64,000 nucleotides of DNA from Candidatus Eiseniibacteriota bacterium. Its GTDB lineage: Bacteria > Eisenbacteria > RBG-16-71-46 > SZUA-252. This document shows positions 53,544 through 63,023 of the stretch, piece after piece. The stretch covers positions 7,482 to 71,481 of the forward strand of contig DASVDZ010000004.1 of NCBI GenBank assembly GCA_036380835.1, given 5' to 3'. Both the position numbers and the translations under genes were made by a program. How positions within the stretch are numbered: the stretch's first letter is position 1; each line of letters starts with the position of its first letter. The notes under the pieces were generated by a model, which saw only the letters and a list, made by a program, of their open reading frames with translations, had not been told where the DNA came from and searched no databases.

Positions 53544-53969
53544 TCACGCCTCCAGCGTCGCCTCCAGCGTGATCGTCGCCGTCAGGAGCCGGGAGATCGG
53601 GCATCCCGCCTTCGCCTTCGCCGCCGCCGCGTCGAACTTCGCCCGGTCGGCGCCGGGGATCCGGGCGACGCTCGACAGGTGCGACCGGGTCACGGTGAAT
53701 CCGGCGTCGGTCTTCTCCAGCGTGACCGCCGCGGTCGTGCGCACGCTCTCCGGCGTGAGCCCCACCGCCCCCAGCTCCGCCGAGAGCGCCATCGAGAAGC
53801 ATCCGGCGTGCGCCGCCGCGATCAGCTCCTCGGGGTTGGTTCCCTTGCCGTTCTCGAATCTCGTGCCGAACGAGTAGGCGGCGTCGGCGAGCACGCCGCT
53901 CTCCGTCGATACGGTCCCCTTGCCGTCCTTGAGCCCACCGCGCCAGACCGCCGATCCCTTTCGAACCAT
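53544..53969 (-). CDS. OsmC/Ohr-family peroxiredoxin-like protein
   Basis: 141 aa. MVRKGSAVWRGGLKDGKGTV N-terminus and the two conserved Cys (HAGCFSMAL ... KAGCPISR). Confidence 0.85.
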   Translation of the reverse strand: MVRKGSAVWRGGLKDGKGTVSTESGVLADAAYSFGTRFENGKGTNPEELIAAAHAGCFSMALSAELGAVGLTPESVRTTAAVTLEKTDAGFTVTRSHLSSVARIPGADRAKFDAAAAKAKAGCPISRLLTATITLEATLEA

Positions 53970-54175
53970 GGCTCCTCCTTGTGATGTGGCCGCGAGACGG
54001 GCCTCCGGTCCGCTTGGGCCCGCGCGTCCTGCCAACCAAACCGGCCGCGGCGACGTCTATTGTAGGTTGAGGCGCCGCCAGGCGGTAGCCCCGCGGGCTT
54101 GCGGCGGGCGCGGCGGGCCGGTACCCTCGCTCCACTTTCGCGTCGCGCACACCGGTACTCCCAGGAGGCTGATTC

Positions 54176-56227
54176 ATGGTCCGTCCCCGACAGCGCCCCG
54201 TTCTCCGCTCCGCGTCGCGTCTCCTCGGCGCGCTCCCGCTCCTGGCCGCCGCGTTCGCCGCCGCACCTCCGGCGGGCGCCGCGGCGGCGGTGCCGCCTCC
54301 CTTCTTCAGCGACCGCCCGGACGTCAAGACGTACGCCGCCGAGGCCGACGCCGAGATGAAGGAGGCGCAAGGCGCCCTCGACCGGCTCCTCGCCGTCCAG
54401 GGCGCCCGCACGATCGACAACACGTGGGGCGCGTACAACGAGGTGATGACGCACGCGGAGAACGTCGCGTACCAGGCGAGCCTCATGGAGTCGTGCCATC
54501 CCGATTCCGCGTTCCGCGCGGAGGCCGAGGGCAAGGACCGCCTCTCGTCCAAGTTCCTCGACGACCTCGGGCTGAACCGGGACCTCTACGACGCGCTCCG
54601 GGCGGTCGACGTGTCGGGCGCGGACGCCGCGACGCGCTATTTTGTCACCCGGACGCTCCAGGACTTCAAGCGGTCGGGCGTCGACAAGGACGAGGCGACG
54701 CGGAAGCAGATCGCGGCGCTCCTCGAGGAGTTGACGAAGACGAGCCAGGAGTTCGACAAGAACATCCGGAACGACTCGAGGAAGATCGAGGTCGAGCCCG
54801 CCGAGCTCGAGGGGCTGCCCCAGGACTTCATCGATTCGCACAAGCCCGGTCCCGACGGAAAGGTCACGATCTCGATCGAGTACCCGGACCTCTTCCCCGT
54901 CATCCGCTACTGCAAGAGTTCCGAGGTGCGGCGCCGCCTGATGCATGAAGACATGAATCGCGGCTATCCGGGCAACATGGCGGTCCTCGACTCCCTCGTC
55001 TCCAAGCGGTACCAGGTCGCGCGCCTGCTCGGCTACGCCACGTGGGCCGACTACATCACGGAGAACAAGATGATCGGCACGGCGGCGCGCGCCGCCGACT
55101 TCATCCAACGCCTGAACGACCTGACGCTCAAGCGCGCGAAGGACGAGTACGCGCTCTACCTGAAGCGGAAGCAGGAGGACGATCCCACGGCGACGGTGGT
55201 CAACCGCTGGGAGCTCTCGTACTACGGCCGCCTGATCCGGAAGCGCGACTACGACTTCGATCCGGAGGCGGCGCGCCCCTACTTCGCGTTCGAGGACGTG
55301 AAGAAGGGCGTGCTCGAGGTGACCTCGAAGATGTTCGGGGTCACGTACAAGAAGGTGGACACGCCGGTCTGGGATCCGTCCGTCGAGGCGTACGAGATGT
55401 ACGACGGGAAGAAGCTCCTCGGGCGCTTCTTCCTCGACCTCCATCCGCGGCCCGGAAAGTACAACCACGCGGCCAACTTCGGGGTGCGCCAGGGCGTGGC
55501 GGGCGTGCAGGTCCCCGAGGGCGCGCTCCTCTGCAACTTCCCCGGCGGCAAGCCGGGGGATCCGGGGCTGATGGAGCACTCGGACGTCGAGACCTTCTTC
55601 CACGAGTTCGGCCACCTGATCCACAAGATCTTCGGCGGACAGGGCCGCTGGGAGCCCGTCGCCGGGACGGCGACGGAGCGCGACTTCGTCGAGGCGCCGT
55701 CGCAGCTCCTCGAGGAGTGGGTCTGGGATCCCAAGGTCCTTCGAACGTTCGCGTTCCACTACCAGACCCGAAAGCCGATTCCGGTCGAGATGGTGGAGAA
55801 GATGCGCCGCGCGGACGCGTTCGGGCGCGCCATGGCCTACGCGACGCAGACCTTCTACTCGGCGGTCTCCCTCGACATCTACAACCGCCCGGCGCCGGAG
55901 GTGGACACCGACAAGACCGTGGCCGAGCTGGAGCCGCGCTACTCCGCGACGCCGCCGATGAGCGACACGCACATGCAGTGCTCGTTCGGGCACCTGGATG
56001 GCTACTCCGCGGTCTACTACACGTACGAGTGGTCGCTCGTGATCGCCAAGGACATGTTCAGCCAGTTCCACAAGGACAACCTGCTCGACCCCAAGGTCGC
56101 GCGGCGATATCGCGACGAGGTGTTGAAGCCCGGAGGGAGCCGCCCGGCCGCGGAGTCGGTGCGCGCGTTCCTCGGGCGCGACTACGATTTCAAGGCCTTC
56201 GACGCGTGGCTCGCGGGGAAGAGCTGA
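54176..56227 (+). CDS. Secreted M3-family zinc oligopeptidase (thimet oligopeptidase/Dcp/OpdA-like)
   Basis: 683 aa, RBS AGGAGG, signal peptide. HEXXH FFHEFGHLIHKIF with the downstream Glu region (FVEAPSQLLEEW). Confidence 0.9.
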   Translation: MVRPRQRPVLRSASRLLGALPLLAAAFAAAPPAGAAAAVPPPFFSDRPDVKTYAAEADAEMKEAQGALDRLLAVQGARTIDNTWGAYNEVMTHAENVAYQASLMESCHPDSAFRAEAEGKDRLSSKFLDDLGLNRDLYDALRAVDVSGADAATRYFVTRTLQDFKRSGVDKDEATRKQIAALLEELTKTSQEFDKNIRNDSRKIEVEPAELEGLPQDFIDSHKPGPDGKVTISIEYPDLFPVIRYCKSSEVRRRLMHEDMNRGYPGNMAVLDSLVSKRYQVARLLGYATWADYITENKMIGTAARAADFIQRLNDLTLKRAKDEYALYLKRKQEDDPTATVVNRWELSYYGRLIRKRDYDFDPEAARPYFAFEDVKKGVLEVTSKMFGVTYKKVDTPVWDPSVEAYEMYDGKKLLGRFFLDLHPRPGKYNHAANFGVRQGVAGVQVPEGALLCNFPGGKPGDPGLMEHSDVETFFHEFGHLIHKIFGGQGRWEPVAGTATERDFVEAPSQLLEEWVWDPKVLRTFAFHYQTRKPIPVEMVEKMRRADAFGRAMAYATQTFYSAVSLDIYNRPAPEVDTDKTVAELEPRYSATPPMSDTHMQCSFGHLDGYSAVYYTYEWSLVIAKDMFSQFHKDNLLDPKVARRYRDEVLKPGGSRPAAESVRAFLGRDYDFKAFDAWLAGKS

Positions 56228-56263
56228 CGCCGCGGGGCTGGGGCGCGCGGTGAGCCTCTCGGG

Positions 56264-56944
56264 GTGAGGACGACCCGGGTCCTCCTCGTCCGCCACGGCG
56301 CCACGGTCCTCTCCGCCGAGGACCGCTTCGCCGGGGAGACCGACGCCGCGCTCTCCGAGGCGGGCGTCGAGCAGGCGCGGCTCCTGGGCGTCCGCCTCGC
56401 GACGGAGGAGATCGCCGCGTTCGTCGCCAGTCCCCTGTCGCGCGCCATGGAGACCGCGCGCCGGATCGCGGCGCCGCACGGCGCGCCCGTCGCCGCCGAA
56501 GCCGCCCTTCGGGAGATCTCGCACGGGCGCTGGGAGGGACAGTCGCGCGCCGAGGTGGAAGCGCTCTTCCCCGACGAGTACGCGCGTTGGGAGCGCGATC
56601 CGTTCACGTTCGCGCCCGAGGGAGGCGAAACCGGACTGGCCGTGACGGCCCGGGCCCTCCCGGCCCTCCTCGCGCTGGTGGCCTCTCACGAGGGCCGCCA
56701 GATCCTGATCGTCTCCCACAAGGCGACGATCCGCCTCCTCCTGAGCTCCCTCCTCGGGTTCGACCCGCGCTCCTACCGGGACCGGCTCGACCAGAGCCCG
56801 GCCGCGCTCAACGTCCTCGACTTCCGTGGCCTCGAGAACGCCCGCCTCTGCCTCTTCAACGACACGTCCCACTACCGCCCTGCCGGCGCCCGGCTCCCCG
56901 ACGCCCCGGCGCCCCGCCTCTCCAAGCGCTGGAGCGCTCCCTAG
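56264..56944 (+). CDS. Histidine phosphatase (phosphoglycerate-mutase-like) family protein
   Basis: GTG start. LLVRHGATVLSAEDRFAGETD (RHG motif) and the second catalytic His region (LIVSHKATIRLL). Confidence 0.8.
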   Translation: MRTTRVLLVRHGATVLSAEDRFAGETDAALSEAGVEQARLLGVRLATEEIAAFVASPLSRAMETARRIAAPHGAPVAAEAALREISHGRWEGQSRAEVEALFPDEYARWERDPFTFAPEGGETGLAVTARALPALLALVASHEGRQILIVSHKATIRLLLSSLLGFDPRSYRDRLDQSPAALNVLDFRGLENARLCLFNDTSHYRPAGARLPDAPAPRLSKRWSAP

Positions 56945-57041
56945 ACCCGAATCGGCGGTCCGACCGTACCCCCGTAACCCAAGCCCTCCCCGCGCCCTCC
57001 GGCGTCGAGACCAGGGTCCATAGGTGCGGGGGTGGTACGCC

Positions 57042-57053
57042 CGGGTATACCCG
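57042..57053. promoter_or_regulatory. 12-bp perfect palindrome CGGGTATACCCG upstream of the NHL/multiheme-cytochrome cluster (candidate operator)
   Basis: It is its own reverse complement, has an AT core in GC-rich DNA, and lies about 60 nt upstream of the NHL gene GTG (57112) and its AGGAGG RBS. Confidence 0.4.
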
Positions 57054-57111
57054 TGGATAGCTAGGCTAACGTCGCCAATTCGACGAGGATAGGTCGTATG
57101 AGGAGGCGGGC

Positions 57112-58101
57112 GTGATCTTGCAGAGCAATCCCATCTTTCGACCGATCCGGAGGGCACCGGCCCTTCCCATGGGCGCGATTTCGATGCTCGCGCTCGGGCT
57201 CGGCGCCGCCTCTGGCGTCTTGGCCGAACCGGCGCCCCTGATCCCCGAGATCGTGGTGCGCGGCTTCGGCGACGACGCGCCCTTCACGCTCCCCCAGGGA
57301 ATCGCGATCGATCCGACCCACGGCGAGATCCTCGTCGCCGACACCGGGCGCCACGCGGTGGAGATCTTCAGCCGCTCGGGGAAACCGCTCTTCCGCTTCG
57401 TGCACGAGGTTCGTCGCGCGGACGGATCGTGGGTCGATGGATCTCCGAGCGGTCTCGCCGCGGGGGTCGACGGGCGCATCTACATCGTCGACATGGCCGC
57501 CCCCTACGTGGACGTCGTGGACGGCCGCGGGCGCCCGCTCTCGCGCCTCGAGCCGCCCGCCGAGGAGGGCGCCGGCAACCCCGGCGCCGTCATGATCACC
57601 CGAACCGGTCTGACCCTCGTCGCCACGTCCGGCGACACGGGCCGGATCCACTGCTTCAACCGGGACGGCTCCTTTCGCCGTTCCTGGGGAACACCGGGCC
57701 CCTCGCCCGGGCAGTTGCGTCACGTTCGTGCCATGGCGGAAGCAAAGGACGGGTCCATCGCCGTCCTCTGCACGGACACGCAGTTCGCCGTGCAACGCTT
57801 CTCCGCCGAAGGATCGTACCTCGATGGCTTTGCCCGGCACGAGATCGGACCGGGTAACGTCTCCCTCCCATCCGGTCTCGCCATAACCGAGGACGGCAGG
57901 CTTTGGGTAAGCGACGAGCTCCGCCAATCCGTCCAGGTTTTCGATAACTCCGGCCGCTTCCTACGCCAGTTGGGCCAGATGGGCGAAGCGAACGGAGAAT
58001 TCCTCTACCCCAGCGCCGTCGCCAGCGACGGCAGCACGCGGCTTGCCGTGATCGAGCGGGTCGGAGCCCGATTCCAGCTCTTCCGGCTGCCGGAGGAATG
58101 A
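57112..58101 (+). CDS. Secreted NHL-repeat (six-bladed beta-propeller) protein
   Basis: GTG start 5 nt after AGGAGG. Signal-like MGAISMLALGLGAASGVLA. Six NHL-type repeats (GIAIDPTHGEILVADTGRHAVEIFSRSGKPL; GVDGRIYIVDMAAPYVDVVDGRGRPL; LPSGLAITEDGRLWVSDELRQSVQVFDNSGRFL; etc.). Confidence 0.8.
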   Translation: MILQSNPIFRPIRRAPALPMGAISMLALGLGAASGVLAEPAPLIPEIVVRGFGDDAPFTLPQGIAIDPTHGEILVADTGRHAVEIFSRSGKPLFRFVHEVRRADGSWVDGSPSGLAAGVDGRIYIVDMAAPYVDVVDGRGRPLSRLEPPAEEGAGNPGAVMITRTGLTLVATSGDTGRIHCFNRDGSFRRSWGTPGPSPGQLRHVRAMAEAKDGSIAVLCTDTQFAVQRFSAEGSYLDGFARHEIGPGNVSLPSGLAITEDGRLWVSDELRQSVQVFDNSGRFLRQLGQMGEANGEFLYPSAVASDGSTRLAVIERVGARFQLFRLPEE

Positions 58102-58183
58102 TCGGCCATGAACGGCACTAGGGAAACCGGCGCGAACGCCCTCCGCGCGGCTTCCGGGCAACCATGGGAAAGAAGGTGACTGC

Positions 58184-59188
58184 ATGAGAACCCTCATGCT
58201 CCTGATTGCGCTCTGTCTCATCGTCGCGTTCGCACCGGCGGCGACGGCGGGCGATTTCCACGTCGGGACGAACCTGGTCTGTAGCGATTGCCACGTGGCG
58301 CACTACAGCCAGTCGCACGCGATGACCTCCGGCGGCACCTCGGTCACGCTCGGCGCCGACGGTCCGTACGATCACCTGCTGCGCAACGAGGTGAACGATC
58401 TCTGCTTGACCTGCCACGACGGCCAGTCGTGGGCTCCCGACGTGTTCGGTGGGAGCGCGACCAACTCCAATCGGCTCGCCGGCGGCTTGAACGCCGACCC
58501 GGCGCACCGCACGAACGAGACCGGCTACGAGACCCCGGACGGCCACACGCTGTGGTCGACCGCGACGGCCCCGGGCGGCACGTTCAGTGAGCCGGTCGGT
58601 CTGGAGTGCACCGACTGCCACGCGCAGCACGGCAGCGCCACCCAGTATCGGAATCTGCTGAACCGCGGTAACTTCACGGGCAAGAACCTGACCTACGCGA
58701 TCGGGACGAACGACCTCACGAAGGACGTCTTCGAGCGCTCGGCGGCCGGGTACACCTCGAGCAACGTCGACTACAACGAGCCGTCGACCAGCGCCAGCGC
58801 GTACGCGAACTGGTGCAAGTCGTGCCATACCGATTTCCATGGCGCGAGCGGCGGCATCGAAGTCGGCGGCGCGAGCAACGGCGGCACGGGCTGGGTGCGT
58901 CACCCGCAGGCCGACGTGAACATCGGCGCCAACGCCACGTTCATTTCGAGCCTCTCGCAGTTCAACGGCCACACGAACCGCGTGAAGGTGATGGACTCGC
59001 AGGGCCTGTGGAACGGGACGGTGGGCGACAACACGGTGACCCCGTCCTGCTTCTCCTGCCACAAGTCGCACGGTAACAAGAACGCGTTCGGCCTCGTCTT
59101 CATGGCCGGAACCGGCACCGTCACGGAAGAGGGCGACGGCGGCGTGTACAAGGATCTGTGCCGCCAGTGCCACATCCAGGGTGGTTGA
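58184..59188 (+). CDS. Secreted hexaheme c-type cytochrome
   Basis: 334 aa, signal peptide MRTLMLLIALCLIVAFAPAATA. Six CxxCH motifs (CSDCH, CLTCH, CTDCH, CKSCH, CFSCH, CRQCH). No CxxCK, so it is not NrfA. Confidence 0.85.
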   Translation: MRTLMLLIALCLIVAFAPAATAGDFHVGTNLVCSDCHVAHYSQSHAMTSGGTSVTLGADGPYDHLLRNEVNDLCLTCHDGQSWAPDVFGGSATNSNRLAGGLNADPAHRTNETGYETPDGHTLWSTATAPGGTFSEPVGLECTDCHAQHGSATQYRNLLNRGNFTGKNLTYAIGTNDLTKDVFERSAAGYTSSNVDYNEPSTSASAYANWCKSCHTDFHGASGGIEVGGASNGGTGWVRHPQADVNIGANATFISSLSQFNGHTNRVKVMDSQGLWNGTVGDNTVTPSCFSCHKSHGNKNAFGLVFMAGTGTVTEEGDGGVYKDLCRQCHIQGG

Positions 59189-59205
59189 TCTAGAACCCGA
59201 TCGAC

Positions 59206-59249
59206 GCGGCCGGCCCCACCTGGGGCCGGCCGCTCGATCCCTTTCTCCC
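59206..59249 (+). terminator. Strong GC hairpin plus pyrimidine tract between the two multiheme cytochrome genes (putative intrinsic terminator/attenuator)
   Basis: GCGGCCGGCCCC-acct-GGGGCCGGCCGC, perfect 12-bp stem at 59206..59233, followed by tcgatccctttctccc. Lies 18 nt after the hexaheme gene stop. Confidence 0.5.
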
Positions 59250-59287
59250 GAGCCCGCCCGGAGTGGCGGGCGGTACGGTGGCGCCGC

Positions 59288-60730
59288 ATGAACCGGGCAA
59301 CCAGGATGGAGACGCCGTACCGGGACCGACCCGAGCGCCCCGGGCTCCGCCGCGCGCTCGTTCCCCTCCTCGCTTCGCTTGCCCTCGTGGCGGCCTCCCG
59401 GCCGGCGCCGCTTCGCACGACCGCCGAGATCGAGAAGATCCTGGCCCGCGGACCGCACGCCGGCGAGTGCGAGCAATGCCATGTGATGCACGGCGCGGAA
59501 ACGTCCCTGCCCGAGCTTCACGCGCTCGTCGGCCCCGACGACAACTCGCTCTGCGACCGCTGCCACACCTCGCCGTGGACGACGGGGAGCTATGCCGGCA
59601 CCTGGATCTATGCCGGCTCCTCGCACGGATCGAGCCCCAACGCCGCGTGGCCCGGCCCCTCGCCCCCGGCACGAACCGAGCTCGGCGCCGCGGGCAAGTG
59701 CGTGAACTGCCACGACGCCCACGGATGGCAGGACGGGCAGGGGGACATCCCGGGCCTCGCCGTCGCGCGCGAGGAGCAGCTCTGCCTCGCCTGCCACAGC
59801 GGCTCCCCGGCCTCGACCAACGTCGGAGCGGACTACGTGAAGGCGTTCCGGCATCCGACGACGACCATCTCCGGCATCCATACCGGGCCCGAGGAGTCGT
59901 CCCCCACCGACTTCGGCGCCGCGCCGGCGAACCGGCGCCACGCCGAGTGCGTCGACTGCCACAATCCGCACGTCGCGACGCACGATCCCTCGACGCCGCC
60001 GCCCGACGACAACCTGTCGCGCGTGAACTATGGCGTGAGCCGGGTCCGCGTGACGAACGGCGGGGCCGGCTCGCCGCCGACCTTCACCTTCGTCGCGGCG
60101 TCCGATACGTTGAGCCCGCCCCTCGCCGAGTACGAGCTCTGCTTCAAGTGCCATTCGTCGTGGACGGTCCAGCCGAGCGGGCAGACCGATCTGGCCGCGG
60201 CGCTCAATCCCTCCAATCCCTCGTACCACCCGGTGGAGTCCGTCGGCCGCGACCCGTCGATCCGGATCGGCGCCTTCGCCCCGGGATGGGGGCCGACGTC
60301 GCTCACGCGGTGCGGCTCGTGCCACGGCAGCGATTTCGGAACCACCGAGGGCCCGCACGGCTCGTCCTACCGCTACATCCTCCGGGCGTCCTACGCGGCG
60401 TCAACGGCGCCGCGCACGATGACCTCCGATGAGATCTGCTTCACGTGCCACGCGTACGACGTCTACGCGAACCCCACCTCGTCGGCGGCCACGCTGACCC
60501 AGTCGCGATTCAACGAACCGGGGGACGCGAAGGGGCACGCGCGGCACGTGGGCGAGGAGAACGTCCCCTGCTACGGCTGCCACGTGACGCACGGCTCGTC
60601 GACGCTTCCCCACCTCCTCGTCACGGGGCGAATCCCCGGCATCGCGGCGTACACCGAGACCCCGACTGGGGGCACCTGCCAGCCGACCTGTCACGGCTCC
60701 GAGAGTTACTCGGTGAACTATGCTCGATGA
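59288..60730 (+). CDS. Secreted multiheme (about 10-heme) c-type cytochrome
   Basis: 480 aa; signal RRALVPLLASLALVAAS (an alternative start is METPYR at 59306). Nine CxxCH (CEQCH, CDRCH, CVNCH, CLACH, CVDCH, CFKCH, CGSCH, CFTCH, CYGCH) plus one CX3CH-type (CQPTCH). Confidence 0.85.
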   Translation: MNRATRMETPYRDRPERPGLRRALVPLLASLALVAASRPAPLRTTAEIEKILARGPHAGECEQCHVMHGAETSLPELHALVGPDDNSLCDRCHTSPWTTGSYAGTWIYAGSSHGSSPNAAWPGPSPPARTELGAAGKCVNCHDAHGWQDGQGDIPGLAVAREEQLCLACHSGSPASTNVGADYVKAFRHPTTTISGIHTGPEESSPTDFGAAPANRRHAECVDCHNPHVATHDPSTPPPDDNLSRVNYGVSRVRVTNGGAGSPPTFTFVAASDTLSPPLAEYELCFKCHSSWTVQPSGQTDLAAALNPSNPSYHPVESVGRDPSIRIGAFAPGWGPTSLTRCGSCHGSDFGTTEGPHGSSYRYILRASYAASTAPRTMTSDEICFTCHAYDVYANPTSSAATLTQSRFNEPGDAKGHARHVGEENVPCYGCHVTHGSSTLPHLLVTGRIPGIAAYTETPTGGTCQPTCHGSESYSVNYAR

Positions 60731-62411
60731 GAGCGAGCCCGGCGCGGCGGGGTGTCCGAGGCGAGGGCTCCTCGCGACCGTTCTCGCCGCGGCGACGCTC
60801 CTCGGACTCGCCGCCGCTCCCGCCGCCGCCGCGCCGACGCCGCAGTCGCTCCGTGGATTCGCCCAGGTGCAGTACGAGAGCCAGGACCAGCGGGGCGGTC
60901 TCGCCGACGACGTCCAGTGGTGGACGCGCACCCTCCAGGTGGACTACACCACGCGCCTCAAGGATGAGCTCAACGTCGCCGCGCAGGGCGTCTGGAGCGA
61001 CCTTTCCTACATCGACCGCCCCGATCGTCGTACGCAACCGCGCGGCTCGATCCGGCTCGCCCACCGGTTCTTCGGAGCCAGCGCTTCCTACCGCCCGCTC
61101 CGGACCACCGACGCGCTCGGCGTCACCGTCCGGCAGCGCGAGACCCTCTTCTCCGGCTATCTCCTCAGACCCGGGTGGCCCTCGGTGACCGGGACGTGGA
61201 TCCGGCGCCACCAGCTCGAGAACGTGGGCGGCCCGGCGGCGACCGGGGTCACGCGGTCGGTCCAGGCGAACCACCAGCTCGGCCCCCTCAACGTCCGCGG
61301 CTCCTGGGGCGATCAGATCCGTTTCGTCGGGGAGGATCAGGTCCGCACGTTCACGCAGACCAACTTCGGCGGCGGCGGCACGTTCGCCGTCACGCGCGGG
61401 AGCGCGAACGCGGCGCTCCAGTACGACTTCCAGGGCGTCCAGAGCGGGGCCCCGGGAGCCGTCCTCCAGCGGACCGGGATCCACGCGGCGCAGGGCTCGG
61501 CGATGAACCGGTTCTCGAAGCGTTTCGACGCCGCAGCGAGCTACGTCTACCACCGGACGATCGTGCGGAACAACGTCCGGACCGATCTGGACGAGCACGA
61601 GGGCGCCCTGTTGGGGAATTGGCGGATGACGCAAGCGCTGCGCCTCACGTCGGGCGGTGGGCTCCGCACCGCTCGGTTGGAGTCCCGGCAGCGGACCGAA
61701 CGCTACGTGCTCGCGACCGCGGCCGCGGAAGGCGCCATCCGGAGGGGCATGACCGGAGTCGCCGCGGTGACGCGTTCCTACAATTGGTTTCCCGGAGAAA
61801 CGCCCCATCCGGTCGACGCCTATCACGCCGGGGGGCGCGTTCGCCTCGCGCGCGGACTCGACGCGAACGCCGACGCCCAGGTGACCGCGTCGAGGAGCCG
61901 CGCCGCGATCGCCGATACCGCGGGCGGACCGACGCGCGTGACGGCGCAGTCGGGGTTCGGCTTCGTCGCCGTTCCCCTTCAACCCATCAGCGTGGCCTTC
62001 TCGTGGCGCGAGTATCGCACCGGGGCCTCGCTCTTCGATCCATCGGCGCGGGCCCGGTCGAGCACGTGGGAGACCCGCTGGAATCCCTCCACCGCGCTCT
62101 CGTTGAACGCGACGCTGGGCCGCTCCCGAGGGCTCGGCGCGAGCGAACCGGTGGTTACGACCGCGACCGCGAACGCCGCCTGGCGGCCCCGCGCTTCCCT
62201 CGATCTTTCCGGATCCTATACGCGAAGCGATCGCGTACGATTCGACCCCACCTCGGGTATCAGCGTCGGGCGGGAGGTCTACGGCGCCCGGCTCCTCGCG
62301 TCCATCGCCACCGACTGGCGCGTCCAGGTCGCGGCGACCGACGCCGACCCGGGCCGTCCCAGCCACGTTCGCCAGTGGGACCTCTCTCTGACCAAGGCGT
62401 TTCGGAGGTAA
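60720..62411 (+). CDS. Predicted outer-membrane beta-barrel protein (porin-like), co-operonic with the multiheme cytochromes
   Basis: 563 aa; overlaps the cytochrome stop by 11 nt. Signal LLATVLAAATLLGLAAAPAAAA. Mature part rich in alternating hydrophobic/polar beta-strand patterns and Gly/Tyr/Trp/Arg, ending ...WDLSLTKAFRR with Phe near the C-terminus. No enzyme motifs. Confidence 0.55.
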   Translation: MLDESEPGAAGCPRRGLLATVLAAATLLGLAAAPAAAAPTPQSLRGFAQVQYESQDQRGGLADDVQWWTRTLQVDYTTRLKDELNVAAQGVWSDLSYIDRPDRRTQPRGSIRLAHRFFGASASYRPLRTTDALGVTVRQRETLFSGYLLRPGWPSVTGTWIRRHQLENVGGPAATGVTRSVQANHQLGPLNVRGSWGDQIRFVGEDQVRTFTQTNFGGGGTFAVTRGSANAALQYDFQGVQSGAPGAVLQRTGIHAAQGSAMNRFSKRFDAAASYVYHRTIVRNNVRTDLDEHEGALLGNWRMTQALRLTSGGGLRTARLESRQRTERYVLATAAAEGAIRRGMTGVAAVTRSYNWFPGETPHPVDAYHAGGRVRLARGLDANADAQVTASRSRAAIADTAGGPTRVTAQSGFGFVAVPLQPISVAFSWREYRTGASLFDPSARARSSTWETRWNPSTALSLNATLGRSRGLGASEPVVTTATANAAWRPRASLDLSGSYTRSDRVRFDPTSGISVGREVYGARLLASIATDWRVQVAATDADPGRPSHVRQWDLSLTKAFRR

Positions 62412-62417
62412 CCCTCG

Positions 62418-63023
62418 ATGACGGTGCGTCCGCAAGGCACGATCCGGCCCTCCCTCGCGTGGCTCCTGGCCGCCTCGTTGCTGGCCCTCGCTCCGGGCTG
62501 CGCGTCGGGCCCGCGCCTCTACGTGAACTCGGAGGCCGATCTCGCCTTCTACAAGAAGATCGCGGTCCTCCCGTTCACGAATCTAAGCGCCGAGCGATTC
62601 GCCGGCGAGCGGGTGACGCGCGGATTCCTCGTCGAGTTGACCATGGCCGAGCGCTACCAGATCGTGGATCCCGCCGAGTTCCTCGCCCTGCTCGACAAGA
62701 TGGGCGGGCTCCCGGGATCCAACGGCATCTACGACCCCGCGAAGCTCAAGGACGCGGCGACGCAGGTCGGCGCGAATGCCGTGCTCCGAGGCGCCGTGAC
62801 CGAATTCCGGATGCAGCGGACGGGGAATTCCGAGATCCCCGTGGTCGCCTTCGACGTCGAGCTGATCGACGTCGCGACGTCGAACGTGATCTGGCGCGGC
62901 TCGATCGGGAAGCGGGGCAAGGGACGCGTCCCGGTTTTCGGCGGCGGCCAGCGGACGTACGCCGGCCTCGTCGAGAGCGCGAGCCGCGAGCTGGTGGGGC
63001 GGCTCGAGAAGGAGGGCTTCTGA
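62418..63023 (+). CDS. Small lipoprotein (LpoB/TolB-N/CsgG-like fold candidate), paralog 1
   Basis: 201 aa, RBS GGAGGT, lipobox-like LLALAPGC. Conserved block KKIAVLPFTNLSA ... ANAVLRGAVTEF ... SNVIWRG shared with the next gene. Confidence 0.7.
   Translation: MTVRPQGTIRPSLAWLLAASLLALAPGCASGPRLYVNSEADLAFYKKIAVLPFTNLSAERFAGERVTRGFLVELTMAERYQIVDPAEFLALLDKMGGLPGSNGIYDPAKLKDAATQVGANAVLRGAVTEFRMQRTGNSEIPVVAFDVELIDVATSNVIWRGSIGKRGKGRVPVFGGGQRTYAGLVESASRELVGRLEKEGF

Noticed and set aside
53822-57157. 1111-aa minus ORF antisense to the M3 peptidase and histidine phosphatase genes
   Set aside because: No motifs and Arg/Gly/Glu-rich. The sense strand has the HEFGH peptidase and an RHG phosphatase with good RBSs.
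58184-60730. Possibility that the multiheme cytochromes are NrfA/ONR/HAO-type N-cycle enzymes
   Set aside because: No CxxCK heme motif and no NrfH/NapC partner. Heme counts of 6 and ~10 fit neither NrfA (5) nor HAO (8). This is kept only as a formal alternative in the findings.
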